A stretch of 64,000 nt of DNA, from assembly GCA_010015585.1 (NCBI GenBank), contig ML975172.1; one strand, 5' to 3'. A model generated the notes under the pieces. It did not search any database, had not been told where the DNA came from, and saw only the letters and a program-made list of their open reading frames with translations. Shown here in pieces: positions 24,812 to 37,639 of this stretch. The translations under genes were made by a program, and so were the position numbers. How positions within the stretch are numbered: position 1 is the first letter of the stretch; every line of letters begins with the position of its first letter. Source of the stretch: Eremomyces bilateralis CBS 781.70. Its lineage: Eukaryota.

Positions 24812-26941
24812 CTACCAACCCCGGCGAAACTCCTCCGGCAGACTCATCAACGCCTCCCTTGCCTCCTCAGCCGGGTGAGGGTCCGCCAACGTCTTCCTAG
24901 ACGTCGACTTGGGGTTCAGCTTCGGCTTCTTCATCGACGGTGATAGCGGCCCGGTGTCCGAGAAATACCCGAAATTGACAAGGTCGGGCGGCGGGACAGC
25001 GTCGTTTGAGCCGAGGGAGTCATTTAACGAGGTCAGCGCCGTGGCGATCTCGGTGTCACTGAGGGAGCCGTGGTAGGGATCGGGGACTTGCTGCTGATCG
25101 ACGGAATAGAAGCCTTGGGAGGGGTTGGGGACTTGAGGATGATCGACGGCTCGAGAGAGTTTATTGGGTTTTTGGAATTGAGGTTGCTCGTCAGTACGGT
25201 ATCGCGGGCGGCCGCGAGGAGAATCACACGAGGTGCGACGTCGAGATCGCTTGAGCGTTTCACGCTCCTCGTCCGACCCCGCATCTTTCTGTTTCCGCTT
25301 GCGCCGCTCGTATCTTGATCGACTCGTCGCTTGCTTGCGTTCCATCCTCGCCCACAAGTACTTATCCTCGTCTCCTAGATGGACTAACTCATTTGAGCCC
25401 TCGAGTCCACGGCTCTTTTTCGTCCTATACATGCTCCTGGACTGCGAGTTGACCTTCGCATTCACAAGCGCATACGTCAGAGTCTTCACATGCGGCTTCC
25501 GGGTGCCCGCTTCGTATTCCCCGTGTTTGGGATAATCAGGATAAATCCCCACCAGAGTCCCGTCTTTACACGACTGAATAAAATTCGCCGCCTTGATCCG
25601 TACGTTCTCGGGTAGCGCCGCCGCGAACCGACCGCCCGGCTCCTTCGGTAGGAATTCTCGTCCGTCGGCCTTGACATCTAGGTGCCTGCAGATCTCCGGG
25701 AAGTCGAGGAATTGCTCCATGCAGTAGAGGTGGACGAACCCGGCGCAGAGGAACGGGTCGCCATCTATTTTCTGGCTGTACCACCGTTCGTCGAACGCCA
25801 CTTTCACCCGACCCTGCCAGATGACGCCCCTCGATAGCCGCTTCCTGCTAGATCCTATCTGCCGATCGGGGCATTCTGCGAAGCGGCATTGCGAGCTGTG
25901 TGAGGAGGGGTACCTTTTGGCCGAGTCAGAGGGTTGCAGTTGGATCCACAGGGTAAGATGCGAGTCTGGCGCGATGGGATGATCGAGGAGGAACTCCCGG
26001 AGCTGGTCACGACGATAGCACGCTTTTTGCAGTCCACCCCAGTTGTCGTAGTCGAACGTGTACCGGGTGCCCAGCCAGAGCTTAAGAGAATTCCTGGGAT
26101 ATCCGTAATGCAGTAAGCTGTCATACTGGTTGGACTGGGCGGCGCGGGCGTTCTCGCGTGACTTGCTGCTGACTCGGATCCATGGCTTATTGGGATCGCT
26201 TTTAGGTCGTTCCCTTCCGTAGGATTTCTTGTGAACGATTTCACTAGCATCGGTTAGTTCTTCTACTGGCGATATGGCACGGGAGTCGGGGTAGTAGTCG
26301 GAGAGGCCCGAGTCGTCGTCGGAATAGTTATGGGGAGCGGGGATTGAGAGCTTTGGTGGCTCTTGACGGGGGTTGATCAAGAAAAAAGACGGATCGGGAC
26401 GGAAATTGAGGGGGTAGAGGGAGGTAGTCGTTATTGTCTGCGACGGCTGTTCGGGGTAGGGAAAGTCTCCTTCGAAATCGCTGAAGTCCAGACTGTTGTC
26501 TACGTCAAACGCATCGATAGTACCCAAGCCCTCCCCACCAAGCAGTTGATCGATATCTTCAACATTGATTTCAGGCACCTTGAGCTGCTGCCTCGACCCA
26601 TTGTTGGCCAGTTCAGGCTGCTGCTCGGCGTCTGCTTCTAGCGATTGGTTTTCTGCTGAGTTCTGCTGAGCTGCACTAGGACGCGACAACTGCGTTACGA
26701 ATTCAAGCTCTTTGATGAACCTGTCATCTGGAGCAAGTTCCGGAAGGGTTTCTAGGGGAGAATCGTTTAAAGACGCAAAGGTATTTTCGTCAAATACGTG
26801 GTTAGCGTAATCCGTTACTCCCGCTTGCAAATTTCTCAACTCCATGAGTCCATCTCGACCAGATAGATCGTCCGCGACAACATTTGGATCGCCTCCGTTT
26901 GACTCAGGAGGATCCTCGAATAAGTCGTTGTAGTCTGACAT
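24812..26941 (-). CDS. Hypothetical fungal protein (709 aa; acidic disordered N-terminus, Cys/His-containing central domain, basic NLS-like tract)
   Basis: Long single ORF with coding-like composition; CRFAECP and GFVHLYCMEQF segments. Confidence 0.75.
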   Translation of the reverse strand: MSDYNDLFEDPPESNGGDPNVVADDLSGRDGLMELRNLQAGVTDYANHVFDENTFASLNDSPLETLPELAPDDRFIKELEFVTQLSRPSAAQQNSAENQSLEADAEQQPELANNGSRQQLKVPEINVEDIDQLLGGEGLGTIDAFDVDNSLDFSDFEGDFPYPEQPSQTITTTSLYPLNFRPDPSFFLINPRQEPPKLSIPAPHNYSDDDSGLSDYYPDSRAISPVEELTDASEIVHKKSYGRERPKSDPNKPWIRVSSKSRENARAAQSNQYDSLLHYGYPRNSLKLWLGTRYTFDYDNWGGLQKACYRRDQLREFLLDHPIAPDSHLTLWIQLQPSDSAKRYPSSHSSQCRFAECPDRQIGSSRKRLSRGVIWQGRVKVAFDERWYSQKIDGDPFLCAGFVHLYCMEQFLDFPEICRHLDVKADGREFLPKEPGGRFAAALPENVRIKAANFIQSCKDGTLVGIYPDYPKHGEYEAGTRKPHVKTLTYALVNAKVNSQSRSMYRTKKSRGLEGSNELVHLGDEDKYLWARMERKQATSRSRYERRKRKQKDAGSDEERETLKRSRRRTSCDSPRGRPRYRTDEQPQFQKPNKLSRAVDHPQVPNPSQGFYSVDQQQVPDPYHGSLSDTEIATALTSLNDSLGSNDAVPPPDLVNFGYFSDTGPLSPSMKKPKLNPKSTSRKTLADPHPAEEAREALMSLPEEFRRGW

Positions 26942-27408
26942 TAGCCCATGGACAAAAAAGGAAACCTAGAACGTTCTTGTGATGCGGTCATGCAGTTGAA
27001 TTGCCGCTATTTGATGCCCGGGATCGAATGGCGAAAGCAAGTTTCATACGGAATATATTGTGATGACCCATAGTGCCAATGTAGATATCAAGTGGCTCGA
27101 AGCTTGGGGGAGAAGTGATCCTTTGATTCTGGCCGCTTTCGGCTCGAAGGGTGTGAAAGGGGCTCCACCTACGCTTCATCAAAGGCTTTATGAAATCGGC
27201 AGTTGAAGAAAATCCAAGCAATGACAAAGCCAAATGACGTCTAAGAACACCGTTCCTTTGTCCTGTTACCAGATGCGGTGCTAGTCCAGATCGACCTCGT
27301 CGACAAACAAAGACCATTGGCTGACCATGTACCATAGGCAGGAACCAGCTCTTCTCTTTCATGCATTTTGTATGGAGAATATCCGAAGTAATAATAACTA
27401 CCCCTAAG

Positions 27409-27480
27409 TTAGTTATAAACAGTAGTATGGCTTAGCCGATACTCAGGAGGAAGCCAAAGGATCCGCTCTGTATAGACAGG
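27409..27480 (-). pseudogene. C-terminal fragment of an NWD-type NLR
   Basis: YTERILWLPPEYRLSHTTVYN; nucleotide similarity to 30394-30455 ([21 protein letters not shown]). Confidence 0.7.
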
Positions 27481-28012
27481 TTTTTGACCGAAGCGAAGAC
27501 AAGATCGCTGACAAGCAAGGCAACGAGCTAATAAAAGGCGCTGGAGAAACTGCTCTTCAGCTGAGGGGATACTGCCGGGGGGTAATAAATCATCATGCAC
27601 GGCTTGGCGCTGTCGCTCCGGCGAAGCCGCCTTGCTCATCGATACAGGATAAGTCTATTGTCGCAGGCCTAAGGCATGAGCTCTAGGAGCTTCATGCTAC
27701 AAACTGCATTAATAATCTTGCCATGACTCTCGTATATCTGTAGGGCCGGGGGACCAGGCATTCAGCTAGAACACACAACTTACACAACTTACACAATACA
27801 ACAACTTTGCTGCTGGAACAACAGCACCTAACTCCCAACCATTTTAGCACATCACGTGCGACATCTATAAACTGGATCGAGAATGAGAATGACAGTCCAC
27901 TGCTGCTGAACATTCCAGGCTTTTTCGACGCATCGAAACGTGACGTTTATTGATATTAGCGCTGACCCTCACTCCTCTGGTAAGGCCCGGTGTTGTCTCC
28001 ACTCCGAAGCCC

Positions 28013-30516
28013 ATGGCAAGCAACACTCCAGACATCAGTAGCGTGTCCACCAACAGCCATTCGCAGGCCGCAGTGGGTACCTTCCACACACCGGTGTATT
28101 TTGGGTATAACAAAAGCGAGTAGAAATAGCTATTCGCTATACGAAGAGGCTAATCGGCCGTCTAGATCTGAATGATGTGCTCAACCCTCTGCCTGCCGCT
28201 ACAGACGCGCCTTTCAACGCCAGCGACAACACGACCCGAGCTGCCTTCCCGATACCCGCGTAGACCTCCTGCAAGGGATATACAACTGGGCTGATGGCCG
28301 AGACGAGCGCTGCATCTTCTGGTTGAACGGTTTAGCCGGCACGGGAAAGTCGACGATTGCGCGCACTGTAGCGCGCACATATGACCAGAAGCGTCTCGGA
28401 GCTAGCTTCTTCTTCTCGCGCGGCGGTGCAGATGTTGGCCATGCAGGCAAATTCATCCCGAGCATTACGTTGCAGCTGGCGAGCAGTATCCCCTCCCTCG
28501 ACCAACATATATACGATGCTCTCACAGAGCGCCGCGACATTATGAGCCAGTCTCTCCGCGACCAGTGGCAGCAGCTCGTTATTCGTCCGCTATTAAAGTT
28601 GGGCAGAGTCAGTTGCCAATCCTCGTACGTTCTGGTTGTTGATGCACTCGATGAGTGTGATAATGACAACAACATCCAAATTATCATACATCTCTTGGCT
28701 GAAGCTCGATTGTTAAAGACGATTCCATTACGAGTCTTCTAACGAGCCGACCTGTGATTCCAATTCGATATGGATTCGGCCAAATACCCGATGTCGAACA
28801 TATGGATTTTGTACTTCACAATATATCATCATCGATTGTCGATCATGATATCCGTACTTTCTTGCGGCACGAGCTTGAACTCATTGCGGCTAGACATCAC
28901 CTCGGCGCTGGTTGGCCTGGGGACCATATCGTCGAGCAACTCGTCCATAGTGCACATGAGCTATTCATTTGGGCTGCAACCGCATGTCGCTTTAACCATG
29001 AAGGCAGAAGCTTTGCTGCGGATCGCCTGTCCATAATCCTCAAGGCTAACTCCGTAGTTGACTCTGTGGACGGATTTTCTTCAGACGACTGCGACAGATG
29101 ACAAGAATGACGATCCTGCAGTGGCGCCGGAGCGTCACCTCGATAAACTCTACGTTACAGTTCTCCGGAATTCTGTCTATAAGTACAAAAAGCCAGAGAG
29201 AAATAAATGGCGTAAGCGACTGGGGACAGCGGTGGTAACGATTGCTGTACTATCTTCTCCTCTGTCCACGCAGTCACTGAGAAAATACTCGATACCACGC
29301 AAGATCAAATAAACCAAACACTAGACGATCTTCATGCGATTCTAAATATTCCAAACGATCAATCTCAACCGCTTTATTTACATCATCCTTCATTTCGGGA
29401 CTTCCTCCTTAATAGAAAAAGATATGAGCATCTACACTTTGAGATAAACGAGAAGCAAGCACATCAAACCCTTGCTACACAGTGCATTCAACTCATGTCT
29501 AGAGTTTTCAAGCAAAATATGTGTAGTATAGGGCGGCCAGGGCCGCTTGTGGCCATATGTGATACAGGCCGGCCCGGTACGCTTGTGGCTGGCATTGAAA
29601 CCCGTCATGTGGAGCAACACCTCCCTCCAGAGGTTCAGTATGCATGTATCTAAGTTACTGGATCCAGCACCTTCAAAAGAGCAACGTTCAGCTCGACGAC
29701 AACGACCAAGGGCACCGGTTCCTACAGGAGCATCTCCTTCATTGGCTAGAGACCCTTGGATGGATGAAGAAGGTTTCCGAAGGAATTCACGCCATCGTTT
29801 CTCTGGAGTCTACGACAGCGGTAAGCCAGAGTTCCAGACTAAACAGAACGTAAGTACTTAGCTAACCTCCAGCATAGTTGTATAGATGTCCCCAGCTACC
29901 TAGATTTGTTTATGACATGAAGCGATTTATCCTGTATAGCCGGTCCGCGATTGAGCAAGCACCGCTCCAAACGTATTGTAGTACGCTTGTGTTTGCTCCG
30001 GAGGGGAGTATGGTGAAGAGGCAATTCAGAGACTGCGCATGTCGATGGTTGCGAAGATTGCCAAAGATGAATCATGATTGGAATGCGTTGCTGCAGACGC
30101 TCGAGGGCCATTCAGGGTTAGTCTACGCCGTGGCCTTCGCGCCAGACGGCAAGACGCTAGTGTCGGCATCGTACGACAGGACGGTCAAGCTGTGGGATGC
30201 CGGGTCGGGCGTGCTGCAGCAGACGCTCGATATTGGAAACACCATCTACGCTCTCACTTTCTTCGATGACAGTACCTCTCTCCGGGCGGTTCTTGGATCC
30301 TTGCCCATTTTATCACCTCTCTCTAGTGGTATAGGTGTGACCAGTCTACAATATCCATCTTCTATTTTTATCAATGACCTTTGGATAAGTAGCCATACAG
30401 AGCGGGTCATTTGGCTTCCTCCCGAGTATCGGCCACGCTTTATTGCTGTTTATGAGTGCATTGTTGCATTCGGATATACATCTGGAAGAGTTATGACCAT
30501 GAAACTTACTTTGTGA
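28013..30516 (+). pseudogene. NACHT-WD40 NLR (HET-E/NWD-like) pseudogene with short N-terminal extension
   Basis: CLPDTRVDLL, FWLNGLAGTGKST Walker A, VLVVDALDEC Walker [30 protein letters not shown], one WD40 repeat, WLPPEYRP; several stops/frameshifts (e.g. 28740, about 29100, 29310). Confidence 0.9.
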
Positions 30517-30709
30517 TATTTCCCTAAGCATTCTTTAACCTCCTCCCCGCCCACATCCGTTACAGATGGCGTCTTTTATATACAACGTGAATAGCACGAG
30601 TGGCGACAGCCGATGGGTAATGTTTGAATACACGCCAAACGACCAACAGAACCGCATTAGTGGCTTGAGACCGAGGCCATTATTGGCATCCTCATATTCT
30701 TTTAGTAGC

Positions 30710-32451
30710 TAGGTGTGTAGAACGTCATATAGGGGTGCCGTTATTGCCAGCGTTGTCGCCCGTAATGGTCAGAACTTTCGGAGCCATACCTTGTTCGTGA
30801 TTTATGGTAAGAAGGCAATCGGACAAGTTTTGGCCAGAGTGAGGCCCCTGGATTTCCGCAGTCCAAGTCTTCTCGCTTTTCGAAGTCTAGGGTGATCCAA
30901 TGGCCGATCACACCTAAGATCGGCAATTAATTCTCGGAGGCCCAAACATTGAGCGATACGGATAGCGCAATAGAGTTGCAACTTTGTGTCAGGCCTTGCT
31001 TGAGCGCAATCCTGCTTTGGAGAACTCATCCCTGATTCAATTATAGAGAGTATCTGCGCTCTTAACGAGAAGCTTGACATTGGCAGCTTTAAAGTCTGTT
31101 TGAAATGAAGGATGCTCCACCACCGTGAATGACTGCCGTGTCTGGATCACCCACTGAATCAATGCTTGCTCAATGCTTAGACTTGCCTTAAGAAGGCGGA
31201 CGAATCGATCGAGGGAGGTCATCGACGTTAACGACTCGCTCGGCGAGTCGCGTTTTACCCTATGGCGGGTACGGAGGTGGGTAATAAGGCTTGAGGTCGA
31301 TCCATGGCGAGCAGAATCGGTCGAGGACCAACTACAGCGTTTGCACACAAATACTCGATCATTCTTAGGAGGCTGGCCCCATTTAGTTTCGAGCACGTTA
31401 ATCCAAAAGTTCTCTAAAGCCCAGCTAGTTTGTGCCTTTGCTTTTCTGATCTGGCGTCTGGCCAGAGTGGTTAACTCAGTGACGGTCGGCGGTTCAGAGC
31501 TTAGAGGCTGAGGCTACGAAGAGCAGTGAACTTGTGATATTGACTCAAATGATGTCAAGCTATCAGACTTGAGAGACTCGTATGATCTAGGAGACCCTTG
31601 AGGCTCGGACTCGAGGTCATCAGGAATCTCTAGAGAAAGATCTAGGGGAGTGACATCCAATCCGTTGGTTAATGCCACATAATCGCGGCGAAGGGCTGTT
31701 CGTGGACTTCGGGAGAAGGCGATACCAGATTAAGCCATGCTGCGTAAGAAATCAGGATTACTCTCGTTGCTACGATCCTAGACTTCATAGATGTTAAGTA
31801 AATCGATATTGTGTTGTTTATTGAATAGAATTGAACGGCAACACATGTAGGATCGTTAACGCGATAGACGTGCCATAACTATCCAGGATTCGCGGCTTGA
31901 AGTACCATACACAAACCACCATTCTCCATCACCGAAAGTCGAATACATGATTTGACGCGCCATTAACGTGTCAACTCATGTAACTTATTCCCAGTGCAAA
32001 TTTAATAGTTATTTAATAGGTTTTGGAGATTTTAGGCGGCGTTCACGTTTGAGAGGTTGTTTGCGCGGAAACTTGAATAAAAATGATATTAGGAATGAGA
32101 GGCATTCTTTGAATCTCTCTATACTCTACCTGTAATAGAATAGGGCCCCGTACCTAGACATACGGGATATATGGAATCCAAATTCATGGCTATTCGCAGC
32201 ACGGCTCAAAGCAGCGCAAAAAACACCTGCGTGTATTCTGGCATAGGAGCTGGACTGAAATCTGTCTATTGACAAGCAAGACGATAGCATATAACTATAG
32301 TTATGGGAAGAGGAAATGGGTCGGCCCGGAACAACAAATCCCCGGAGAGATAGTTATGTGAATAATAACTATGAATAACTAACTACGAATACGAATAACT
32401 AACTATGAATACGGGCCATATTCGTATTCATTTATTCCTTTCGGAGCTCTA
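30710..32451 (-). mobile_element. hAT transposon 5' half (terminus plus RIP-damaged BED-finger/RNase H transposase N-terminal part)
   Basis: Terminus TAGAGCTCCGAAAGGAATA at 32451 with GAATA repeats; CKRCSW..LITHLRTRH BED finger; SLNVWASEN*LPILGVIGHWIT and TITGDNAGNN catalytic-region motifs. Confidence 0.85.
31855..32343. repeat. About 480-bp dispersed repeat, copy 1
   Basis: Highly similar direct copy at 52192-52671 (GTTAACGCGA...GGAACAACAAATCCCC). Confidence 0.95.
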
Positions 32452-32799
32452 CCAATATATTCCATGACAGAGACGCAGACGGCAAACTGCTCGCCGATGA
32501 TACACATACTGATACCTCGTTCGAGCTATGTTATATTACCTGGCAGGACATCGATAACCTCTCTAAAATTGTTGCCATGTGGACCAGGTGTAAGGGGGAA
32601 GACATTCTGCCTCTTATTACTATCTGAGTTGCGGAGAGGCGCCAATAAGAGATAGAAACCCATAATCATACGGCAACTACATGTTCTGAAATAAGCCGAA
32701 CCCGTCAAGAAAGGCGAGCAGGGGAATAGAGATGATGGTAGAGCTTTTGCTAAACTTGTCAACGAGATACTGGCGACTATATCCCGCTATCTCCAACTG

Positions 32800-33304
32800 A
32801 GCAAAATGTTTGCAAACTTGCGAAAAGCATTTCCAAAATGCTACCAATCTGGATCATGTAAGTGGGTAATTTGTCTTTTCAGTCCGACGTTGACGCTAGT
32901 TCTAGCATCAAATGGTGCATTTAGAGCGATTGATTGAATTCTACGGTTGCTACTAAACATTCAGTACCTAGCCCGGCATGATAATCCACCTAGAATCCGG
33001 CCCATGCGAGTCCAAAATCGATATATACAATTTGAACGAGACTGCCGCTACGTGGTTTCAGTGGAAGGCTTATGTTGACGAAGAGTATCAGGATGTGCTA
33101 CTTCATCATCGTGAGGTACAATCTGAGTACAGCGAAGAGGTCTACCCGTTCTGGTGCCCTGAATGCGATACAGGTTTTACAAAGCTATCAGGTCTATTTC
33201 AGTACGTGTGTAGCAAAGCATGCAATCAAGATTTGTACGAAGACAAGATGGGCAAATTGATCAGATGGCTAGAAAAGGAGCATAGTGCTAGTGGGCGTGA
33301 GTGA
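32800..33304 (+). pseudogene. C2H2 zinc-finger protein remnant
   Basis: TCEKHFQNATNLDH|intron|HQMVH..YGCY*TFST*PGMIIHLESGPC, FWCPECDTGFTKLSGLFQ; premature stops. Confidence 0.7.
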
Positions 33305-33959
33305 GCACAAAGCAACACGCCGGCTATAGCTGCACGATATATGCCTCCTCATCCTCCCAGCCAGGAACGTGGAGCTTCTGGGCCATACTTAAAAATGCCG
33401 AACAGACAGTACGTGCTGTCTTCTGGCTCGGTAGTTTTGCGGAGTTTGGACTATGTCAATACATCAGATACGCTGAATTTCTCCCAAGAAAAGCCCTGTA
33501 GAGCCTCTATATGAATGCCTGTAATATCGTAGATTAGCTGTCCGAGAGGTTCTTTATTGCCGAGTCGGTGACTGCCTGTACCCACGGGTCCCTTAAGCCG
33601 GAAAGCTTCAATAGGTCCTTAGCTTCGACATCGCTAATTACCATTAGTTGCCAAACTTGGATGAAGACAGGCTATACCCTTCTCTGTGACTGCGAGTTCA
33701 CCGAATGTCCTCCGAAACATGGTCAGACGAAGAACGTCAGTTCCAATATGACATTCATGTAAGGAGAGCAGTAGATCCCCTTGTGTTCTGGCCAGACGCT
33801 CACGGGACAGAACGAGAATGCTTCAGACGGTTTCCGGGTAGGAATGACATACACACAAAAGAAATGCAACGATTTCTGCTATTGCCGATCGGTCTTATAA
33901 GCCACTGTTCCTGGGGCTGTTGATTACTTCTCTTAGAGAGTTGCAAATGCCCTCTCACA

Positions 33960-35239
33960 TTAAGCAATCAATTTCGTATCCTCTTTTCCAAACTCAAATC
34001 GATCTTTGCTCCGAAAAACATTCCCAAACAGAAGATCCTGAACCCACCGCGGCCAGTTGCGAAGCCCAGTCTTACCTTCCTCGCTTTTTGGAACAACAAG
34101 CCTCCCACTTCGACCTTTGAGGACCTGCTCAACGACCACATCACCCACATTACTTGGAGGATCTGGATGGATACCGTATTTGTTCAATGTCTTTTCCGCA
34201 CCCTTAATGATGGCAGTCGCATGCCAGGAAGGATGAACAGATGTGGTGCAAATGCCTTCACCACCAGCGTAGCGCGAGAGGCACTCGTTCCGTATACCTG
34301 AATGATATCAGCAATGCAATGACCAAAGTCCTTTCAAACGCAAGTGGCCTACCTTCCGATACATATAGCGCTGCAACCTTTGAGCAGCAGTAATCGAGCA
34401 ATCCAGGAGCCGCTACAAAGGAGGCCATGGAAGCAATAGTCACGATATGACCCTTTCTTTTCTTAAGCATGCCTGGCAAGAATTCGCGGATAAGAACGAA
34501 GTGCGAGATCAGGTTTACTTTGAACAGCCTCTCGCACTCGGAATTACTTGTCTACGATGCTTTCAGTCTCATCGTTAGCTTCCACTACCAGGACAGGTGC
34601 AGCCTACCTCGAGCACAGTCTTGCCAATGCCTATGCCAGCATTATTGACTAGAACGGTCGCTTCTCCATGCGTTTCGCGAATCTCTTTGCACCGCGATTC
34701 AACTATTGGCGTATCGGTGATGTCGCATTTGTAAAAGTGAACATCAGGCACTGACAATTCCATTAGCATGATCCCACTGTTACAATTGCGGAGCCCTGCA
34801 GACTGAACTCACATGAGGCAAGCTCGAGTGGGAAATCTTGTATGTCGAGCACCACAACTCTAGCCAGCTTCGAGAAGGCCTTGACCATCTCATATCCAAA
34901 ACCTGAGCTTCCACCCGTGATGATCACTAGCTCTTCCTTGTTCGGTCCGAACTTGAATGCGGCACCAGGCCTTCTTCCAAGGCTCCAGTTGTTCCAAGCT
35001 AAGCTGTTCAGAACTCGATTGACCCGCTTCAGCACATTGACACCTGTCAAGATCTTCAGTACCGTGATAAAAGCAGCTAATCTTGCTGCCCCATTCTTTG
35101 CGAAGACATTGTTCTGGAAAGGCGCTAAAAGGCGTGCGCGAACATTGTCCGGACCTCGAGTAAGCGCGTATAGAAGCGCGCCTGTCAGGAGAGGCTCTTC
35201 AGCCGCGGTTTTGATGCCAGTGATGACTTTGGAGGCCAT
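33960..35239 (-). CDS. Short-chain dehydrogenase/reductase (multi-exon)
   Basis: ITGGSSGFG, LVNNAGIG, IASMASF, YCCSK catalytic YxxxK. Confidence 0.9.
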
Positions 35240-35419
35240 TTTGTGATGGACTTCGTGGAGAGAATGCGGCCACAATTGTGACAGAACATGGTGCCCAAAG
35301 ATCAGTGGTTCTCATCGGATGCAGCATGATATTCAGAGAGGAACTCTGGCCGAGGTGGACGCCGTGAACACGAACCCCGCAGATCCCCGCAAAGGCCTTG
35401 ATCTCGCTCACCTAGCGGG

Positions 35420-35560
35420 GAAGTGGCATAATATAGACGGATATTATTTTCAAAGTAATACTCTAGAATTTCGAGCGTTTCGTGCGTTCCAAAACCGTCG
35501 TAAATCAAAAAGCATGGCTTTTGATGCGCCCGGCTTTTCACTTTTGGTGATGGTTTGTGC
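35420..35560 (-). mobile_element. Fot1/pogo DDE transposase fragment
   Basis: QKPCFLIYDGFGTHETLEILEYYFENNIRL resembles the second-Asp region of pogo DDE_1 transposases. Confidence 0.7.
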
Positions 35561-35909
35561 ATAGACTGGGTAGCATTTTTTGTCCACAGAGAGCCCAGGC
35601 ATCGACAGTCGGGGAGAATAATCTGTCGGGGGGGAGAAATCTCGCTACCCGGAATAACTTTGGGGTTCGGCGGTCGCACCAATCGTCAAATAGTCGGCAT
35701 AAAGTGAACCTTCCCTTTGGCACCGCAAATCGAATCGTGGTGTCTTTCTGTTTTTTTCCAACTTAAACTTAGAGTACAGTACACGGACTCGCGCTGACTA
35801 ACTGCACTGCCCCGTATACAACACGGTGTATTGAAAGTGATCCCCATGATCAGGATACACCCACTTTGCACTCGCGAATTCTTTCCTACCATCTTCATCT
35901 TTGAATGGT

Positions 35910-36135
35910 GTGTAACCGAGCCGCCATGGCTCTCAAGTGTCTGGATGCATTCGCAGGTATTAGCACGCCAGACCCGGACTATGTTATCACGCGCGGCCAA
36001 GGTGATAAGGACAGAGTTATGCGAGAAGGCCATAGAGGTAACCAAGTCGCCATAGCCGTTATGTGTCTGGACGCAGTCGCCCGTGTCAGCACACCAGACC
36101 TGGACTGTCTTATTATATGAGGCTGAGGCAATAAA
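35910..36135 (-). pseudogene. HET-E-type WD40 repeat remnant (about 2 repeats)
   Basis: KTVQVWCADTGDCVQTHNGYGDLVTSMAFSHNSVLITLAARDNIVRVWRANTCECIQTLESHGGSVT. Confidence 0.75.
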
Positions 36136-36159
36136 GGTAGAGTTTCATCAAATTGCCTA

Positions 36160-36740
36160 TCACGGTCCGTCCGATTCTGCTCTAGCCAAGGCTGCCATAA
36201 GAGGAGAAGGGTCAATGTACACTTCTGCCTTTTTCATCTTGCCCGCGTCATCGCCGGACGGGAGAATGTGAAAGACACCAAACGCCGGCACGACGATTTC
36301 TTCTTTCTCTGGATCGTTCTTCGCGCGGTATGTGATTGTGCACGCCTGGTAAATCTTATCTCCAACGAGGTCTACATCTTTACAGTCAGGTCCAGGACCA
36401 TGAGAACGCCCCGCAAACTGGGAGGGAGTACGCACCAAAGTAAGAGACCACATGGTGCATTAGCTCAAGTTTCTCGAATATCGGGCCAAAGAAGCCTTTG
36501 AGATTGTTGAGGCCTTGGACTGGTGGTACGTTCGCATACTGGAGGATGCTATCCTCGGCATACACCTCGGGGAGACGCGCGGGGTCTAGCGAGTCGCTCA
36601 CTTCGTGGAACTAGACAATACCGTATCAGTATGATCGTAGTTGCGGCTGCGAGCTAACTGCGCTGTAATGTATCGAGAGCCAAGCTTACTTTTCTGAGCC
36701 ACTGGCGTGCTTCATCTGCGTTGGCTGGGACGATTGCCAT
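36160..36740 (-). CDS. SnoaL-like/NTF2-fold small protein, 3 exons
   Basis: DSLDP..YAEDSILQYANVPPVQG..FF..LELMHH, ITYRAKNDP, AEVYIDPSPL; introns about 36613-36689 and 36375-36435. Confidence 0.75.
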
Positions 36741-37639
36741 GTAAAGCTTCAAAGATACCGACGAATCTCTTCCACACAATTGAGTGATATGTTGATCGCC
36801 AACAAATACTACTTTGCCGATTGACTTAACTAGTTATATAAACATCGGACAGCCATCCAGGACCTTGTGGACGGACCACCGAAGGCAGGGGATTTATAAG
36901 CCCGGGACGCGGTTCAGCCCGGTCCTAGCTGTCCTCGGTCCTGGCCCTAGGTCCTGCAGGAAGTGGCTTAGAAATCCTCAATAGCACCATTCTATGGGTG
37001 TTTGGCCACCCTTGCCGAGCATTAGAACGAACTTATGATCCACAAAAGGTAAATTGACACTAAGCCAGCCAATAATATGTTACGAAGATATGAGCAGCAC
37101 CTGCTCCATGCAGGCTCTCGTGTCGTACCTTGCCTGTGAAGCCATGGAATCAAGTTCTAAACCCCACTTTGACGATGAAATCAGGGCGGCAGTAACTCTG
37201 CGTGTCCTTTTGCGTATGTTGAATGGCATGCGTCCGCAAGTTTCACCCACTTTCGAAAACATCGATTAAGGACAGCGAGAGCGTCAAATATGAGAGCTCC
37301 CGTCAGCTCGAGACGGGACGTGTTGACTACGGCATCCTCATGTCGTCATCAGGCCAGCCCTATTTCGTTCATTGTGCTCAGCCGATTCGCTGCACGCGAT
37401 ATTTGAAACCAGGTATAATTATGGAGACTAGCTTCCAAAATAGGTAGCGAGCTTTTTCCTTAAACGGGTGATTGGGGGGAGAGAGAGAGATTCATACGCC
37501 CGTCAGGCCGCTCTGCGAGGCCCATGCGGCCATGCCCCATGGGGAACAGGGGAACAAACTACCTAGGCTGACTAATTACATGCGTTGGTGCCTTGTGGCC
37601 TTATGGCCCCATTTTCTATCTACGTACTAATTAACTTCT

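Noticed and set aside
30888..30917. TAGGGTGATC..GATCACACCTA hairpin as a MITE or terminus
   Set aside because: Lies within the hAT coding frame (ILGVIGHWITL); likely coincidental
31855..32343. 480-bp repeat as a solo LTR
   Set aside because: Copy 2 has TG..CA ends but copy 1 does not; no target-site duplication; both copies lie within hAT sequence
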